A stretch of DNA of 62,629 nucleotides, counting the filler. It is 7 parts of 7 records of this genome, joined end to end, with 100 filler letters (N's around TTAATTAATTAA, not from the genome) between each part and the next. Parts side by side here need not be neighbours in the genome. Positions count along the whole stretch, not along the records: positions 30,684 to 51,491 come from SRR31156797_11737; 6 more parts are not named here. One strand, written 5' to 3'. How positions within the stretch are numbered: the first letter of the stretch is position 1; every line of letters starts with the position of its first letter. Positions 37,809-48,982 of this stretch are shown piece by piece. The position numbers and the translations under genes were made by a program. Below the pieces are notes generated by a model. It made no database searches. It worked only from the letters and a program-made list of their open reading frames with translations, and was not told the origin of the DNA.

Positions 37809-39986
37809 ATGGCTAAAGAAAAAAACATAAACCAAAATACCAAACAATCGAAAGATCAAAAAAAGGATTCGTTTAGAAACCTGATGAACCCGGTAAAGAA
37901 AAGTGACGGAAAGAATAAATTCAACTTCTACTGGATTTATACCATCATTGCTTTCATTTTTATTTCGCTTTTCTTCTTTAATGGTGATAACCAATCGAAA
38001 GAGATTAACTGGGGAGAGCTCAAAGATATGCTTGCCGAAGGCGATGTGGAAAAGCTGGTGCTGATCAACAAAACCAAAGCTGAAATTTACATCAAAGCAG
38101 ATAAACTCTCCAAGGCCAGGCACCAGGCACTTCCGGAAGATAATAACAACAGTATCATGGGCACATCACCTCATTATACTTACGTGATTGGTTCGGTTGA
38201 AACTTTTGAAAAGCGGGTAGAAACAGCACAGGAAAATGTTGCCGATCCTGTATATATCACTAACGAAACCCAACAGGACTGGACGGGAATACTCGGCTGG
38301 ATCCTTCCGGTAGGGTTCATCATCCTTGCCTGGATATTTATCATGCGCATGATGAGCCGTGGCGGTGCCGGTGGCGGACAGATTTTTAGCATCGGGAAAT
38401 CCAAAGCACAGCTATTTGATAAGGACACACATGTGAAAGTTACATTTAAAGATGTTGCCGGCCTTGAGGAAGCCAAAATGGAAGTGATGGAAATTGTGGA
38501 TTTCCTCAAAAACCCCAATAAATATACCGAACTTGGTGGAAAAATCCCAAAAGGAGCCCTGCTTGTAGGCCCTCCCGGGACGGGTAAAACACTGTTGGCC
38601 AAATCGGTTGCCGGTGAAGCTGATGTTCCGTTTTTCTCCATCTCGGGTTCTGATTTTGTTGAGATGTTCGTAGGTGTTGGTGCCTCGCGTGTTCGCGACC
38701 TTTTCAGGCAGGCCAAGGATAAAGCACCTTGTATCATTTTTATTGATGAAATTGATGCCATTGGCCGCGCACGTGGAAGAAACCAAATTACAGGGGCAAA
38801 CGATGAACGTGAAAACACGCTTAACCAATTGCTTACAGAAATGGATGGCTTTGGAACCAATGCCGGTGTGATCATCCTGGCAGCGACCAACCGCGCCGAT
38901 GTACTCGACCGTGCATTACTGCGTGCCGGTCGTTTCGACAGGCAAATCAGTGTTGAGCTTCCTGATGTTGAAGAGCGTAAAGCCATTTTCCTGGTACACC
39001 TTAAGCCCATCAAATTTGATGAAAGTGTGGATGTTGAATTTTTGGCCAAACAAACTCCCGGTTTCTCCGGAGCAGATATCGCCAATGTTTGTAACGAAGC
39101 AGCCCTTATTGGTGCCCGCGGAGGGAAAAAAGTTGTCGATAAGCAGGATTTCATGAATGCCATCGACAGGATCATTGGCGGATTGGAAAAGCGAAACAAG
39201 ATCATCTCCCCACAGGAAAAAGAAACAATTGCATATCATGAAGCCGGCCACGCTGCCGTGAGCTGGTTGCTGGAGCATGCTTCACCGCTGGTAAAAGTTA
39301 CCATTGTACCCCGAGGAAAAGCTTTGGGGGCAGCATGGTATCTGCCCGAAGAACGTCAGATCACTACTTTCGAACAGATGTATGATGAGATGACAGCCAC
39401 TTTAGGAGGCAGGGCCTCAGAAGAGATTAACTTCAATGAAATATCAACAGGTGCACTTAACGACCTGGAACGGGTAACAAAACAGGCCTATGCGATGGTT
39501 ACTTATTTTGGGTTAAATAAACGCATCGGCAACATTAGTTACTACGATTCAACCGGGCAACAAGAATATTCATTCACCAAGCCTTACAGCGAAAAAACAG
39601 CACAAGCCATTGATGAAGAGGTTCACAAACTGATCGAATCAGCTTATCAACGTGCTGTTAAATTACTGAAAAACAATAAAGGTAAGGTAAATACACTGGC
39701 AAAAGTGCTGCTCGAAAAAGAGGTAATATTCAGAGAAAACCTGGAAGAGATTTTCGGCAAACGAACTTTTGATCGCGACATTGAACGCGATAAAGAACGT
39801 GAAAAAGAAAAAGAGCGTATGCGGGAAAAGCTGAAGCAGATCAAAGAAGAATTGAGCAAGGAGGAGGCAGAAAAAGCCAAAGCAAATAATGACGGAGAGA
39901 ACAAAGAAGAGCCTCCCGGTGCAGAAACGGATGCCTCGGAAAAGGACAAAGTTGAAACCGAATTGAAAAATACGAACACGAAATAA
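37809..39986 (+). CDS. ftsH: ATP-dependent zinc metalloprotease FtsH
   Basis: Two TM helices, Walker [25 protein letters not shown] and HEAGH. Confidence 0.98.
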   Translation: MAKEKNINQNTKQSKDQKKDSFRNLMNPVKKSDGKNKFNFYWIYTIIAFIFISLFFFNGDNQSKEINWGELKDMLAEGDVEKLVLINKTKAEIYIKADKLSKARHQALPEDNNNSIMGTSPHYTYVIGSVETFEKRVETAQENVADPVYITNETQQDWTGILGWILPVGFIILAWIFIMRMMSRGGAGGGQIFSIGKSKAQLFDKDTHVKVTFKDVAGLEEAKMEVMEIVDFLKNPNKYTELGGKIPKGALLVGPPGTGKTLLAKSVAGEADVPFFSISGSDFVEMFVGVGASRVRDLFRQAKDKAPCIIFIDEIDAIGRARGRNQITGANDERENTLNQLLTEMDGFGTNAGVIILAATNRADVLDRALLRAGRFDRQISVELPDVEERKAIFLVHLKPIKFDESVDVEFLAKQTPGFSGADIANVCNEAALIGARGGKKVVDKQDFMNAIDRIIGGLEKRNKIISPQEKETIAYHEAGHAAVSWLLEHASPLVKVTIVPRGKALGAAWYLPEERQITTFEQMYDEMTATLGGRASEEINFNEISTGALNDLERVTKQAYAMVTYFGLNKRIGNISYYDSTGQQEYSFTKPYSEKTAQAIDEEVHKLIESAYQRAVKLLKNNKGKVNTLAKVLLEKEVIFRENLEEIFGKRTFDRDIERDKEREKEKERMREKLKQIKEELSKEEAEKAKANNDGENKEEPPGAETDASEKDKVETELKNTNTK

Positions 39987-40015
39987 TACAGATAAAACAC
40001 TAACATCTGCCTCTG

Positions 40016-40660
40016 ATGGAAGAATCCACAACGCGAGAGAAGGTTTTTAAAAATATCCGGAATGCGCTGCTCGAAAAAACAGATGCACCATTTCCGGATA
40101 TTGATAACGAATCACCGGTGTTTAAGGAAAATACCGAATCAATCGACCTTACTTTTGCTCAGGAGTTTACCAAAATTGGAGGGAAATTTGCCTATTGCGA
40201 GGATGAGGACGACATGGCTGAGAAGCTTAAATTCATTATCCAGGAAAACAAAATGGATACTGTTTTCTGTTTCGAAGAATCTTTAAAGCCACTGCTCGAA
40301 CAACATGAAATTTCGTTTGAAGACCATGCCGATAAATTGCCGGAATCGAGCATTGGGATTACAACCTGTGAATTTTTAACTGCCAGAACCGGGAGTGTGG
40401 TCATCTCATCGCGACAGCTCAGTGGGAGGCGCATCAACGTGTTTCCGGAAATTCATGTGGTTGTGGCCTCAACAAATCAGCTGGTAAAAGATGTTAAGGT
40501 AGCAATGAGCCAGCTAAAGGAAATTTATGAAAAGAGTTTCCCGTCATCCATTACGGTGATATCAGGCCCAAGCCGCACAGCAGATATTGAAAAAACACTT
40601 GTTATGGGAGCGCACGGCCCCAAAGAATTATATGTTTTACTGGTTGAAGCAGAAGCATAA
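40016..40660 (+). CDS. LUD domain protein (LutC/YkgG family)
   Basis: GITTCEFLTARTGS and ISGPSRTADIEKTLVMGAHGP. Confidence 0.9.
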   Translation: MEESTTREKVFKNIRNALLEKTDAPFPDIDNESPVFKENTESIDLTFAQEFTKIGGKFAYCEDEDDMAEKLKFIIQENKMDTVFCFEESLKPLLEQHEISFEDHADKLPESSIGITTCEFLTARTGSVVISSRQLSGRRINVFPEIHVVVASTNQLVKDVKVAMSQLKEIYEKSFPSSITVISGPSRTADIEKTLVMGAHGPKELYVLLVEAEA

Positions 40661-40674
40661 AAAAGGAGGTAAAA

Positions 40675-40887
40675 ATGAGTAATGACTGGAACATTGTATA
40701 TACAGTTGGAAATATTCAAAAAGCGGAGTTTATAAAAGGTATGCTGAAAGAACATGGTATTGAAGTCAATATTATGAACAAGCGTGACTCAGAACTTCCA
40801 TCTTTAGGACACGTGGAACTATACGTGTTAAATGATAACCTTAGCAAAGCCAAACAGCTCATAGATGAGCATAATCAGCCTGAATAA
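40675..40887 (+). CDS. DUF2007-like small protein
   Basis: AEFIKGMLKEHGI, NKRDS and VELYV...AKQLI; RBS AGGAGG. Confidence 0.75.
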   Translation: MSNDWNIVYTVGNIQKAEFIKGMLKEHGIEVNIMNKRDSELPSLGHVELYVLNDNLSKAKQLIDEHNQPE

Positions 40888-41698
40888 TTTCTGGTCTCGT
40901 ACCATTACAGGTGCAATTTTCGTAATTGCCATCGTTGGTTCCATCATTGTAAGTCCTGTGGTATTTGCCGCTTTATTTTTGGTGGTAACAATGCTCACCC
41001 TGCATGAGTTTTATTCACTGATAAATCCATCCACATCCATATCTGTGCAAAAGCGCACTGGAATGCTGGTTGCAGGGGTGCTCTATACCACCATTGCACT
41101 TACCGGTTTAGAATTGATAAACAGCCAGTTTCTTTGGGTTAATTTACTTCTTCCGGTATTGATTTTTATAACAGAACTTTACCGGAAAACCAAATCCCCT
41201 ATCAGTAACATTGGGTTTACTTTGTTGGGTATTATTTATATAGGATTGCCCTTTGCACTCCTTAACCGATTGTATAATCCGCCGGTGGCAGGCATGGCCT
41301 ATGACTCAGCATTGCTATTGGGATTTTTTGTATTGATCTGGTCCAACGACACTTTTGCCTATTTAAGTGGAATGGCGCTGGGCAGGCATAAACTATTTCC
41401 GGCTATTTCTCCAAAAAAAACCTGGGAAGGAGCAATTGGTGGATTCATTCTAACCATTTGTGCAGCCTGGATTTTATCCACATTTTACCCTGAAACAGGG
41501 CTTATTAACTGGCTGGTTATGGGCGGAATCATCGTTATTTTTGGCTCTTTTGGCGACCTTGCAGAGTCGATGATCAAGCGAAGCCTTAAAATTAAGGATT
41601 CCGGAAATATTCTTCCGGGTCACGGTGGTATGCTTGACAGGTTTGATGCGGTGCTATTTGCAGCGCCTGCGGTATTTGTTTACATTAACATGATATAA
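40865..41698 (+). CDS. cdsA: Phosphatidate cytidylyltransferase
   Basis: WSNDTFAY, ISPKKTWEG, GDLAESMIKR and KDSGNILPGHGGMLDRFD. Confidence 0.95.
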   Translation: MSIISLNNFWSRTITGAIFVIAIVGSIIVSPVVFAALFLVVTMLTLHEFYSLINPSTSISVQKRTGMLVAGVLYTTIALTGLELINSQFLWVNLLLPVLIFITELYRKTKSPISNIGFTLLGIIYIGLPFALLNRLYNPPVAGMAYDSALLLGFFVLIWSNDTFAYLSGMALGRHKLFPAISPKKTWEGAIGGFILTICAAWILSTFYPETGLINWLVMGGIIVIFGSFGDLAESMIKRSLKIKDSGNILPGHGGMLDRFDAVLFAAPAVFVYINMI

Positions 41699-41707
41699 TC
41701 AGTTCGC

Positions 41708-42364
41708 ATGAGAATTCATAAGGAAGGTATTTCAACCATTATTATAAATTTTCTGTTGCTCGCGTTGTCATTGTTTTTTATTAATTTTTTCAACCCGGAA
41801 CAAACAGTCATCCATTACATAATTTATGTAATTGCTTTTGGTTTTTTCATCTTTATCCTTCGGTTTTTCCGAGATCCTCACCGACCTGTAATCCCGAATG
41901 AATCTGTATTGATTTGCCCTGCCGATGGAAAAGTTGTTGTAATTGAAGAAGCAGAAGAAACAGAGTATTTCAAGGATAAAAGATTACAAGTTTCCATATT
42001 TATGTCACCAAACAATGTGCATAAAAACTGGTATCCGGCAACAGGTAAAATAAATTATTACCGACATCACCCGGGGAAATTCCTTGTAGCCTGGCATCCC
42101 AAATCCTCATCATTGAATGAACGGACTACCGTGGTTATTGAACATGAAACCGGAACCGAAATCCTGGTCCGCCAGATTGCCGGTGCTGTGGCACAGCGTA
42201 TCTCATGCTATGCTGGCGAAGGCAAGAGCATTAAGCAAGGCGAAGAACTGGGCTTTATTAAATTTGGTTCAAGGGTGGATTTATTTCTGCCGATCGGGAC
42301 AAAGATTCTGGTAAGCAAAAATCAAAAAGTGCAGGGATGCAAAGATATTATTGCTTCCTGGTAA
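41708..42364 (+). CDS. psd: Phosphatidylserine decarboxylase proenzyme
   Basis: FFRDP, PADGKV, SIFMSP.NVH, QIAG and FGSRVD autocleavage motif. Confidence 0.93.
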   Translation: MRIHKEGISTIIINFLLLALSLFFINFFNPEQTVIHYIIYVIAFGFFIFILRFFRDPHRPVIPNESVLICPADGKVVVIEEAEETEYFKDKRLQVSIFMSPNNVHKNWYPATGKINYYRHHPGKFLVAWHPKSSSLNERTTVVIEHETGTEILVRQIAGAVAQRISCYAGEGKSIKQGEELGFIKFGSRVDLFLPIGTKILVSKNQKVQGCKDIIASW

Positions 42365-43112
42365 ATAAATATTCATCCGCCTCTCTTATCAGGCCTGAAG
42401 CTTTTAAATCCTCAAAAGGAACTTTCACAGCAGCCATACCGCAATAATAAGCACCAAGTTCATAAGCTTCATAATAAAACACCATATTTTCGTCTTCAAT
42501 AGCAAAGAGCTTAAACGATTTATTGGCGGTGGGCTCATCATTAAAACAATCCTCAGGATTTTTAAAATTTGCTTTTAATAGCGCATTTAGCTTCGCAACA
42601 CTTGTTGTATCCTCCAGGTTTATAATATCTTCAAATTTTAAAAACACCCCTTTTTTAATATCAAAATTGTACGTATGAATTGCCGTAAAACCATGAGCTC
42701 CCAAAGCAAAACTGTATGTTTCCATTTTAAGGCTGATAAATCGGTTGGTCGTATCCAGAATAGCATACCGGTTATCGATTGAAAATATTCCTGCAGCGCC
42801 TGTGTCATCCAGGATTTGTTTTGTTGAATCCGGTGGCATACCCCAGTAATAATTTGCTGCAGTATCCAAAAATCCCTCGATTTCAGCGTTTAACAATTCC
42901 AGGGTTTTATTTGAATCATCATCAGCAATAAAAACCGGGTACTCCAGCTTGATGGAATAACTTGTTGTATCCTCGATTGTTTTTGAGTTTTCAATGATCC
43001 GGTATCCCAGGCTATCATTTTTTGAAGGACCTGAATTACAAGAGATGATGGTAAAAACGGGTAAACATAAAAAAATTAAGGCATAAAGTGTTTTTCTTAC
43101 TTTCATAACCAT
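42348..43112 (-). CDS. Lipoprotein with DUF3298/RsiV-like domain
   Basis: Lipobox ISC; GAHG...TYNFD and YELGAYYCG motifs. Confidence 0.75.
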   Translation of the reverse strand: MVMKVRKTLYALIFLCLPVFTIISCNSGPSKNDSLGYRIIENSKTIEDTTSYSIKLEYPVFIADDDSNKTLELLNAEIEGFLDTAANYYWGMPPDSTKQILDDTGAAGIFSIDNRYAILDTTNRFISLKMETYSFALGAHGFTAIHTYNFDIKKGVFLKFEDIINLEDTTSVAKLNALLKANFKNPEDCFNDEPTANKSFKLFAIEDENMVFYYEAYELGAYYCGMAAVKVPFEDLKASGLIREADEYLFTRKQ

Positions 43113-43807
43113 TGCTTCAGTTCGATCAAATCATGAATAATGTACTTAACGGAGCCGTTTGAGGTTAATTTTTTTGGGTTAAAATAGATGCCGTCGATCC
43201 CAACGGATTCAGCACCTAAAACATCTACTTCCGGGTCATCCCCAATCATCAGGCTATCTTCAGCTTTTGCACCCGCCTTTCCCAGAGCATACTTAAAAAT
43301 ACCCGGATCAGGCTTTTTGCTACCCGCATCCTCCGATGTGACCACATGCCTGAAATAGCTGTCCAGCTTACTGTTCTTTAATTTTGTGAATTGAACTTCT
43401 TCAAACCCGTTTGTAATAATATAAAGTGGGTACTTGTATTGAAGATATCTCAGAATTTCGTGGGCATTCGGGAACAGGTTTGTTTTTTGCGGGCTGATGG
43501 TTATATATTCCATTCCGATATCTTCGGCAAGGCCGGGATCATCTATTCCAAAATCAAGCAGTGTAAGCTCAAACCTGCGCGCACGAAGGAATTCCTTCCG
43601 GATTTCACCTTTCCGATACTGATCCCACAGTTTATCATTATGGACGAAATAACATTTCAAAAAAGAGTTGATGCTTTCAACGCCCAGATCCTTCAGATGG
43701 AATTTGGCGTAAATGTCACGGTAAGCTTCGTGGGCATTGGTTTCAAAATCCCACAAAGTCATGTCGAGATCGAAAAAAATATGTTTGTAATGTTTGTTTG
43801 ATAGCAT
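43103..43807 (-). CDS. yjjG: YjjG-family HAD pyrimidine 5'-nucleotidase
   Basis: IFFDLDMTLWDF, IITNGF, KKPDPGIF and MIGDDPEVD. Probable start ATG 43807. Confidence 0.88.
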   Translation of the reverse strand: MLSNKHYKHIFFDLDMTLWDFETNAHEAYRDIYAKFHLKDLGVESINSFLKCYFVHNDKLWDQYRKGEIRKEFLRARRFELTLLDFGIDDPGLAEDIGMEYITISPQKTNLFPNAHEILRYLQYKYPLYIITNGFEEVQFTKLKNSKLDSYFRHVVTSEDAGSKKPDPGIFKYALGKAGAKAEDSLMIGDDPEVDVLGAESVGIDGIYFNPKKLTSNGSVKYIIHDLIELKQWL

Positions 43808-43863
43808 GCTGCGAAAGTATGCTATTTTGATCAAAAGCGAACGGTGCAAAACCTACAAATCCA

Positions 43864-46800
43864 TTACAGCGAAATAACCGAAATCCTTTGCCGGCCGTCC
43901 ATTTTTACCGTGATTGGTTTCTTAAAGCGTACATGCCTGAAATATTTACCCTGGTAAACCAACTCCTGTTGCCTTAAAATTTCATATTTAACATAGCTCT
44001 TCGAGAATTCTGGCTGCACAGTGAAATAACCCACATTCATGGTGGTTACGTTGTGAAAAAAATGTGATCCTGAGGAGGCATCCAGTGGAAATCCTTCCAG
44101 GCTGGTTTCAACTATGATCCGGGCATTTGAAATCTGAGGCCAAACTACCGGAACACCTATCCATTTGTCACGCGTGCCCCAACGTCCCGGGCCAATCAGC
44201 ACATATTTCCATCCCTCATCATCAGCTTTTCTATTTATCGCTTCAATTTCATTGGCCATTTCATCAGTTTTGGCTTTATTAAATTTTTCAGGATCAGCAT
44301 AAATAACATCATACAAATCCTCAATCACGCCATTACCCATGCCTTTGTCTGAAAACAGGATCATTTTGTCATGATCAATTTGGTCCTGGTCAATCTCGTA
44401 ATCGTCAGCGCTTCCAAGCAGTGGTTTTATCTGCAAAAGGTAAAACGATGCTTTGTAATCTTTATCCTTATCCAGGTCAACAGCGAATTCGATTTCCACC
44501 GGAGTACCCATGGCCTCTTTCACCACATCAAGCACCAGCTCGATGGTTTTTGCAAGCGGAATATAATTGTATTTTAGGATGTTGGCAAAGTTGATGATTC
44601 GGGGACCGTATTTGTTTAATCCGGGTGAAATGGCATTATTTTCAGGATTGAAAACCGAGGCACAGTGGCGTAGTGTTCCGTGCCGTTCGGCATCGTCAAT
44701 ATCCAGCCTCCGCAAACCAGCCATATCACCTTCCATCAAATCGATATCCTTCTTTTTCAGATCGACAGCAAAAAATTGAACCTGTGAATTTTTGTATTGA
44801 TCTTTGGGAGAGTTGATCTCGACGTTGGGATATTTGGGTGAAAACCTGTAAGCCTTTTCGCCTTCCACAACATATTTTCCAAGGCCAACAGCAGCAACAG
44901 CAAATCCTTCATCGGGCTTCATATGCGAAACCGGGTAATAATTGTACGACTGCGCCACGCCACTAATGTGTGGATAAAAAACATCGTCATACTGGTTTCC
45001 GACTACCTCCTGGATTACCACTGCCATTTTTTCTTCTTCAATTTTATAATTCACGGCTTTGATATAATCACGTGCCATTTTAGAAAATACCGAAGCAAAA
45101 ACCAGTTTGATGGCATCCATCACCTGACCAAGCCTGACGTTGATTTCGGGATGGTTGTTTGGCAAAATGTAGGTTTCGAAAATCCCGGCAAAAGGTTGCA
45201 TCTGGGAATCTTCGAACAGACCTGATGAACGCACAGCCAAGGGTTTCCTGATCATTTCAAGGATTACTTTTAATTTTTTAACCAGTGAATCTGTTAGCTG
45301 GCCCTCAACAAATCGCTGCTTTATGGTTTCGTAACCCGGCTCCTGCCAAATTAATTCATACAAGTTATTCCGCTCCATGAAATAAGCAAATTCCTCGGTT
45401 CCAATCACCGAAGTTTTGGGTGCGCGAATATTAATATTTGGAATGTGTTTTGAAAAATCGTAATTATAGATCAGGGTATTGATAAATGCAAGTCCCCTTC
45501 CCTTTCCGCCCAACGATCCGGGTACCAGGTTCACAACGTTGCTTTCGTCCAGGATTGCATTTCTGTCGAAAGGAATGATCTTTCCCCTGTTCTGTTCATT
45601 CCTGAATTTTTGGATTATGTTGATCAGGTACTCACGCAATCCTGACGGACTTTTAAAATCGGTGACCTTATGCGGATTGATGATCTTGGCAACCTGTATT
45701 TCACCTCGGGCCATGAGCCACAACGAAAAATGGTCGCGACGTGCATGGTAAATCAGGGACTCGTCGGGGATGGTGCGCAAGTGGCGCTCAAACTCCCGCA
45801 GCGATTTTGCAATGGCGATCTGGGATCCTTTTTTGTCGCGGTAAATAAAATTACCAAAGCCAAGGTAGTGGGTGATAAAACTTTTAAAATCCTGTTCAAG
45901 CGCTTCGGAATCCTTATTGATAAAACTTGCCCGCAGTTTATAGGCAACATCACCGTTGGCTTCATCTGAGGATTGGATCACTACCGGTAAGTCCTTGATC
46001 TGTGTTTTTATCAACTTTGCCAACCTGAAACCGGCATCATCATCCCATTCGCCATCGCGTTTAAATTTTACATCGGTTACCAGGCAAAGCAGGTAATCCT
46101 TGTAGTTATTAAAAATTGCCAGTGCTTCTTCATAATTGGAAGCCAGCAGGATCTTGGGCCGGGCACGCATCCTGAGCACTTTATACAATTCGTCGGTACT
46201 CACATCATCTATAATGCGTTTGGTTTGCGCCATCACCACATTATAAAGCAAAGGCATGTACCTGGAATAATATTTGGCTGAATCTTCCACCAGTAAAATC
46301 ACACGGACAAGCCCAACCTTGGTATCGTTCTCCACATTGATCTTATCCTCAAGGTGTTTGATCATGGCGAAAAACACATTGGAATTACCGTTCCAGGCAA
46401 AAACCCGGTCAATGGAGTGATTTTCTTCCCGTCTATCCTCAAAATATTTGATATCCCGGTTATTGTTCAGCAGGAAGTATACTGGAATGTAGGGATATTC
46501 TTTTTTCACCTCCTTGCTTAGGTCAACAGGCAATTTTTTGTCACTGCCAACCATCATAATAATCAGGTCGAAGTGCTTGGTCTGCAACTCCTCAAAAACT
46601 TCCTCAACACTGGAAACCCCGGTAATACGAGGTACAGACGTGAGATTTAACTGATGGTATTCGTCCAGCACATGTTCCGTAAACCTGCCCTCACGTTCAA
46701 TGCTGTATGCATCATACAAATTGGCTACCAGCAAAATTTCCTTCACCTTAAACATCATCAGGTCATGATAAATGTCGCGGGCCAAGTTGTTTTTATTAAG

Positions 46801-47691
46801 GAACTTCTGCAATAGCTGCTTCCTGGGCGAATCATCCTGGTCAGTGGTGGTGGTTTTGGCTTTTACACGGGTTTTGGTAAGGATGGTTTTTCCTTCAATA
46901 CTGTTGATATGGCCGGCTATCATGGCAGCCAGATTTTCGATCAAATGACGTTCCTCACGCAGGAAGGGCCCTTCGTCAAGAGTTGGAAATGATTTCAGGT
47001 AATATACTTCAATACTACCATCTTTGTTATCGATGGTTTCGAAGCTCTGACTCATCTTCCATTGGGTTTCCTTGAAATTTGATGTGGTAAATACTTTGTC
47101 TTTCCACCTTATTCGGGCTTCCGTAAATTCGGGATATTGCCAGGCTCGTGGAAGCTGTAAAGCAATCTGTTGCAGCGATTCTTCGATGGGCTTTCCCTCT
47201 CTGAGGATAGCCGTGGTTTGGTTGATGCAGGCCAGTTCCTTAAGTCTTTCGGTAGACTGCCGGGTAGTTTCCATACCCATAATGCTGTTGATATAACCAC
47301 GGATCAATACTGCAATGTTATTGATCAGGTTTCGCTCCTCCTTCAAGAAAGGCCCTTCATCAGCTTCAGGGTAGGTTTTCAGATAAAAAATCTCCACCGA
47401 GCCTTTTTTTCCATCGATGGTTTCAAATATTTGCTTTTGTACCGAGGGTGACTCTTCAAAAAAAGGACTCATAAATTTTTCGCCGTCATAAATAATCCTG
47501 GCTACAGTTTGTTCAGGATATTGCCAACCATTGGGTAAAATTGAAACCACCTTTTGCAATGATTCTTTTACAGGCTGCTCCTCCTTAAAGATATCGTTGG
47601 TTTTGTTTATGGTTTCCAGCTCTTTAAGTCTCTCACGGTTTTCATGAGCAAGTTTCGAAAGGTCATCTGGGGTAAAGCTATGTGGATCCAT
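43864..47691 (-). CDS. Multidomain PEP/pyruvate-binding (PPDK_N ATP-grasp) protein with two N-terminal GAF-like repeats and receiver-like domains
   Basis: Duplicated ERLKEL...WQYPE...EGPFL.EER unit; ILLVEDS...LVTDV receiver; GGKGRG, AVRSS, EDS, FAG, MAVVIQ, EIEFA and LLQIKP PPDK_N motifs; no PEP-binding TIM barrel. Confidence 0.85.
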   Translation of the reverse strand: MDPHSFTPDDLSKLAHENRERLKELETINKTNDIFKEEQPVKESLQKVVSILPNGWQYPEQTVARIIYDGEKFMSPFFEESPSVQKQIFETIDGKKGSVEIFYLKTYPEADEGPFLKEERNLINNIAVLIRGYINSIMGMETTRQSTERLKELACINQTTAILREGKPIEESLQQIALQLPRAWQYPEFTEARIRWKDKVFTTSNFKETQWKMSQSFETIDNKDGSIEVYYLKSFPTLDEGPFLREERHLIENLAAMIAGHINSIEGKTILTKTRVKAKTTTTDQDDSPRKQLLQKFLNKNNLARDIYHDLMMFKVKEILLVANLYDAYSIEREGRFTEHVLDEYHQLNLTSVPRITGVSSVEEVFEELQTKHFDLIIMMVGSDKKLPVDLSKEVKKEYPYIPVYFLLNNNRDIKYFEDRREENHSIDRVFAWNGNSNVFFAMIKHLEDKINVENDTKVGLVRVILLVEDSAKYYSRYMPLLYNVVMAQTKRIIDDVSTDELYKVLRMRARPKILLASNYEEALAIFNNYKDYLLCLVTDVKFKRDGEWDDDAGFRLAKLIKTQIKDLPVVIQSSDEANGDVAYKLRASFINKDSEALEQDFKSFITHYLGFGNFIYRDKKGSQIAIAKSLREFERHLRTIPDESLIYHARRDHFSLWLMARGEIQVAKIINPHKVTDFKSPSGLREYLINIIQKFRNEQNRGKIIPFDRNAILDESNVVNLVPGSLGGKGRGLAFINTLIYNYDFSKHIPNINIRAPKTSVIGTEEFAYFMERNNLYELIWQEPGYETIKQRFVEGQLTDSLVKKLKVILEMIRKPLAVRSSGLFEDSQMQPFAGIFETYILPNNHPEINVRLGQVMDAIKLVFASVFSKMARDYIKAVNYKIEEEKMAVVIQEVVGNQYDDVFYPHISGVAQSYNYYPVSHMKPDEGFAVAAVGLGKYVVEGEKAYRFSPKYPNVEINSPKDQYKNSQVQFFAVDLKKKDIDLMEGDMAGLRRLDIDDAERHGTLRHCASVFNPENNAISPGLNKYGPRIINFANILKYNYIPLAKTIELVLDVVKEAMGTPVEIEFAVDLDKDKDYKASFYLLQIKPLLGSADDYEIDQDQIDHDKMILFSDKGMGNGVIEDLYDVIYADPEKFNKAKTDEMANEIEAINRKADDEGWKYVLIGPGRWGTRDKWIGVPVVWPQISNARIIVETSLEGFPLDASSGSHFFHNVTTMNVGYFTVQPEFSKSYVKYEILRQQELVYQGKYFRHVRFKKPITVKMDGRQRISVISL

Positions 47692-47905
47692 ATCAATCAG
47701 TATTTGTTGATCTTCAAAATAACGAAATTTCTGTTACAAAATTAACAACATGGTTCCATTCTTTTTAACGATTGAATGTCAATTTACTGGTACATTATCA
47801 ACAATACAGCATTGTATGAATTTAATTCTGTAAACATGATTTTGATTTTTAATTGTAAATTCGCCAAAATTTTTTTTCACAGCCTGCTTGTGAAAACTAC
47901 TGAAC

Positions 47906-48571
47906 ATGAGCATGATAAAAGTCATCCACATTGATGAACATCCGATAGTAAGGTCTGGAATTCAATCCGTTTTGGCTTCAGCCCAGGATATCGAGATTGT
48001 TGCATCTGTAAAAAATGTGGAAGCATTCTTTGAAGAGATGAAGCATGTCCCCGCTACTTTTGTACATGTTGTGATGTTTGACATATATTCACCCAACGAT
48101 CTTGAAATTGAGAATATTCGCAGGATCAGGAAAGCATATGGCAAATTGAATATTTTGGTGATGACTATGTATTCCAACGAAAGTTTCATCCTGAAATCCA
48201 TCAAGGCGGGTGCAAAGGGAATCCTTTCAAACCAAACCAACCGCAACGAAATTGTGGAAGCCATGTACACCCTCCGCAATGGATACGAATACCTGGGTAA
48301 ATCGATCACCAACATAGTGCTGAACAGTTACCTGAACCGCTCAAAAACAGGCGAAAACTTCCAGGATGATATGGCTCAACTCTCACTGCGTGAGCTCGAA
48401 GTACTCAAGCTTTTTGGTGAGGGCATGACCAACCAGGAAATCGCAGATCAGCTATTTATCTCCATCCGTACAGTGGAATCCCACAAAACCAACATCATGA
48501 AAAAGATCAACCTCCGCACCACAGTCGATCTGGTAAAGTTTGCCATCCGGAATAATATTGTGGAAGTGTAA
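47906..48571 (+). CDS. NarL/LuxR-family response regulator
   Basis: Receiver (IDEH, VMFDI) plus LSLRELEVL...ISIRTVESHK HTH. Confidence 0.92.
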   Translation: MSMIKVIHIDEHPIVRSGIQSVLASAQDIEIVASVKNVEAFFEEMKHVPATFVHVVMFDIYSPNDLEIENIRRIRKAYGKLNILVMTMYSNESFILKSIKAGAKGILSNQTNRNEIVEAMYTLRNGYEYLGKSITNIVLNSYLNRSKTGENFQDDMAQLSLRELEVLKLFGEGMTNQEIADQLFISIRTVESHKTNIMKKINLRTTVDLVKFAIRNNIVEV

Positions 48572-48850
48572 GCAAGGTGGTTGAATCTTTTTTTCAAGTG
48601 CTATTATTTATTTCAACTTAATAAAGGATCATTCCGATTCTATGTTTGATTTCATAAACTTGTAATGAATTTATTGAAGATCCTGATCGTGTAATCCTTC
48701 AATAGTCAGGTCATACAAAAAAGAGACAGATTCGTTTTGACGTTTTAATGTGCTTCTTATGATTGAAAGTCAGGCGCTTTACCTGTTTATCTTCCGCAGA
48801 ACATTCAAGCGCTAAAACATGGTTGACGTAGCATGAGAAAATCTTACATT

Positions 48851-48982
48851 AAATGTTTCAGCGAGCTGCACCCAAAAGTTGAGCTACAGCCCACCTTGCC
48901 AAACGAGTCAGGAGTGTCGATAATCTTTGTTGTAGAATGATTTAGTTGAAGGAGATGCAAGGTGCAGCGCACCGTAATATTA
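48851..48982. repeat. REP-like palindrome GGTGCAGCGCACC with a degenerate inverted partner
   Basis: GGTGC-AGC-GCACC at 48961-48973; reverse-complement core GCTGCACC at 48865-48872. Confidence 0.4.

Noticed and set aside
38180-39205. 341-aa ORF antisense to ftsH; similarly 49527-50312 against ppdK and 31517-32683 against the lipoprotein
   Set aside because: Antisense shadows of conserved or low-complexity genes with no independent evidence.
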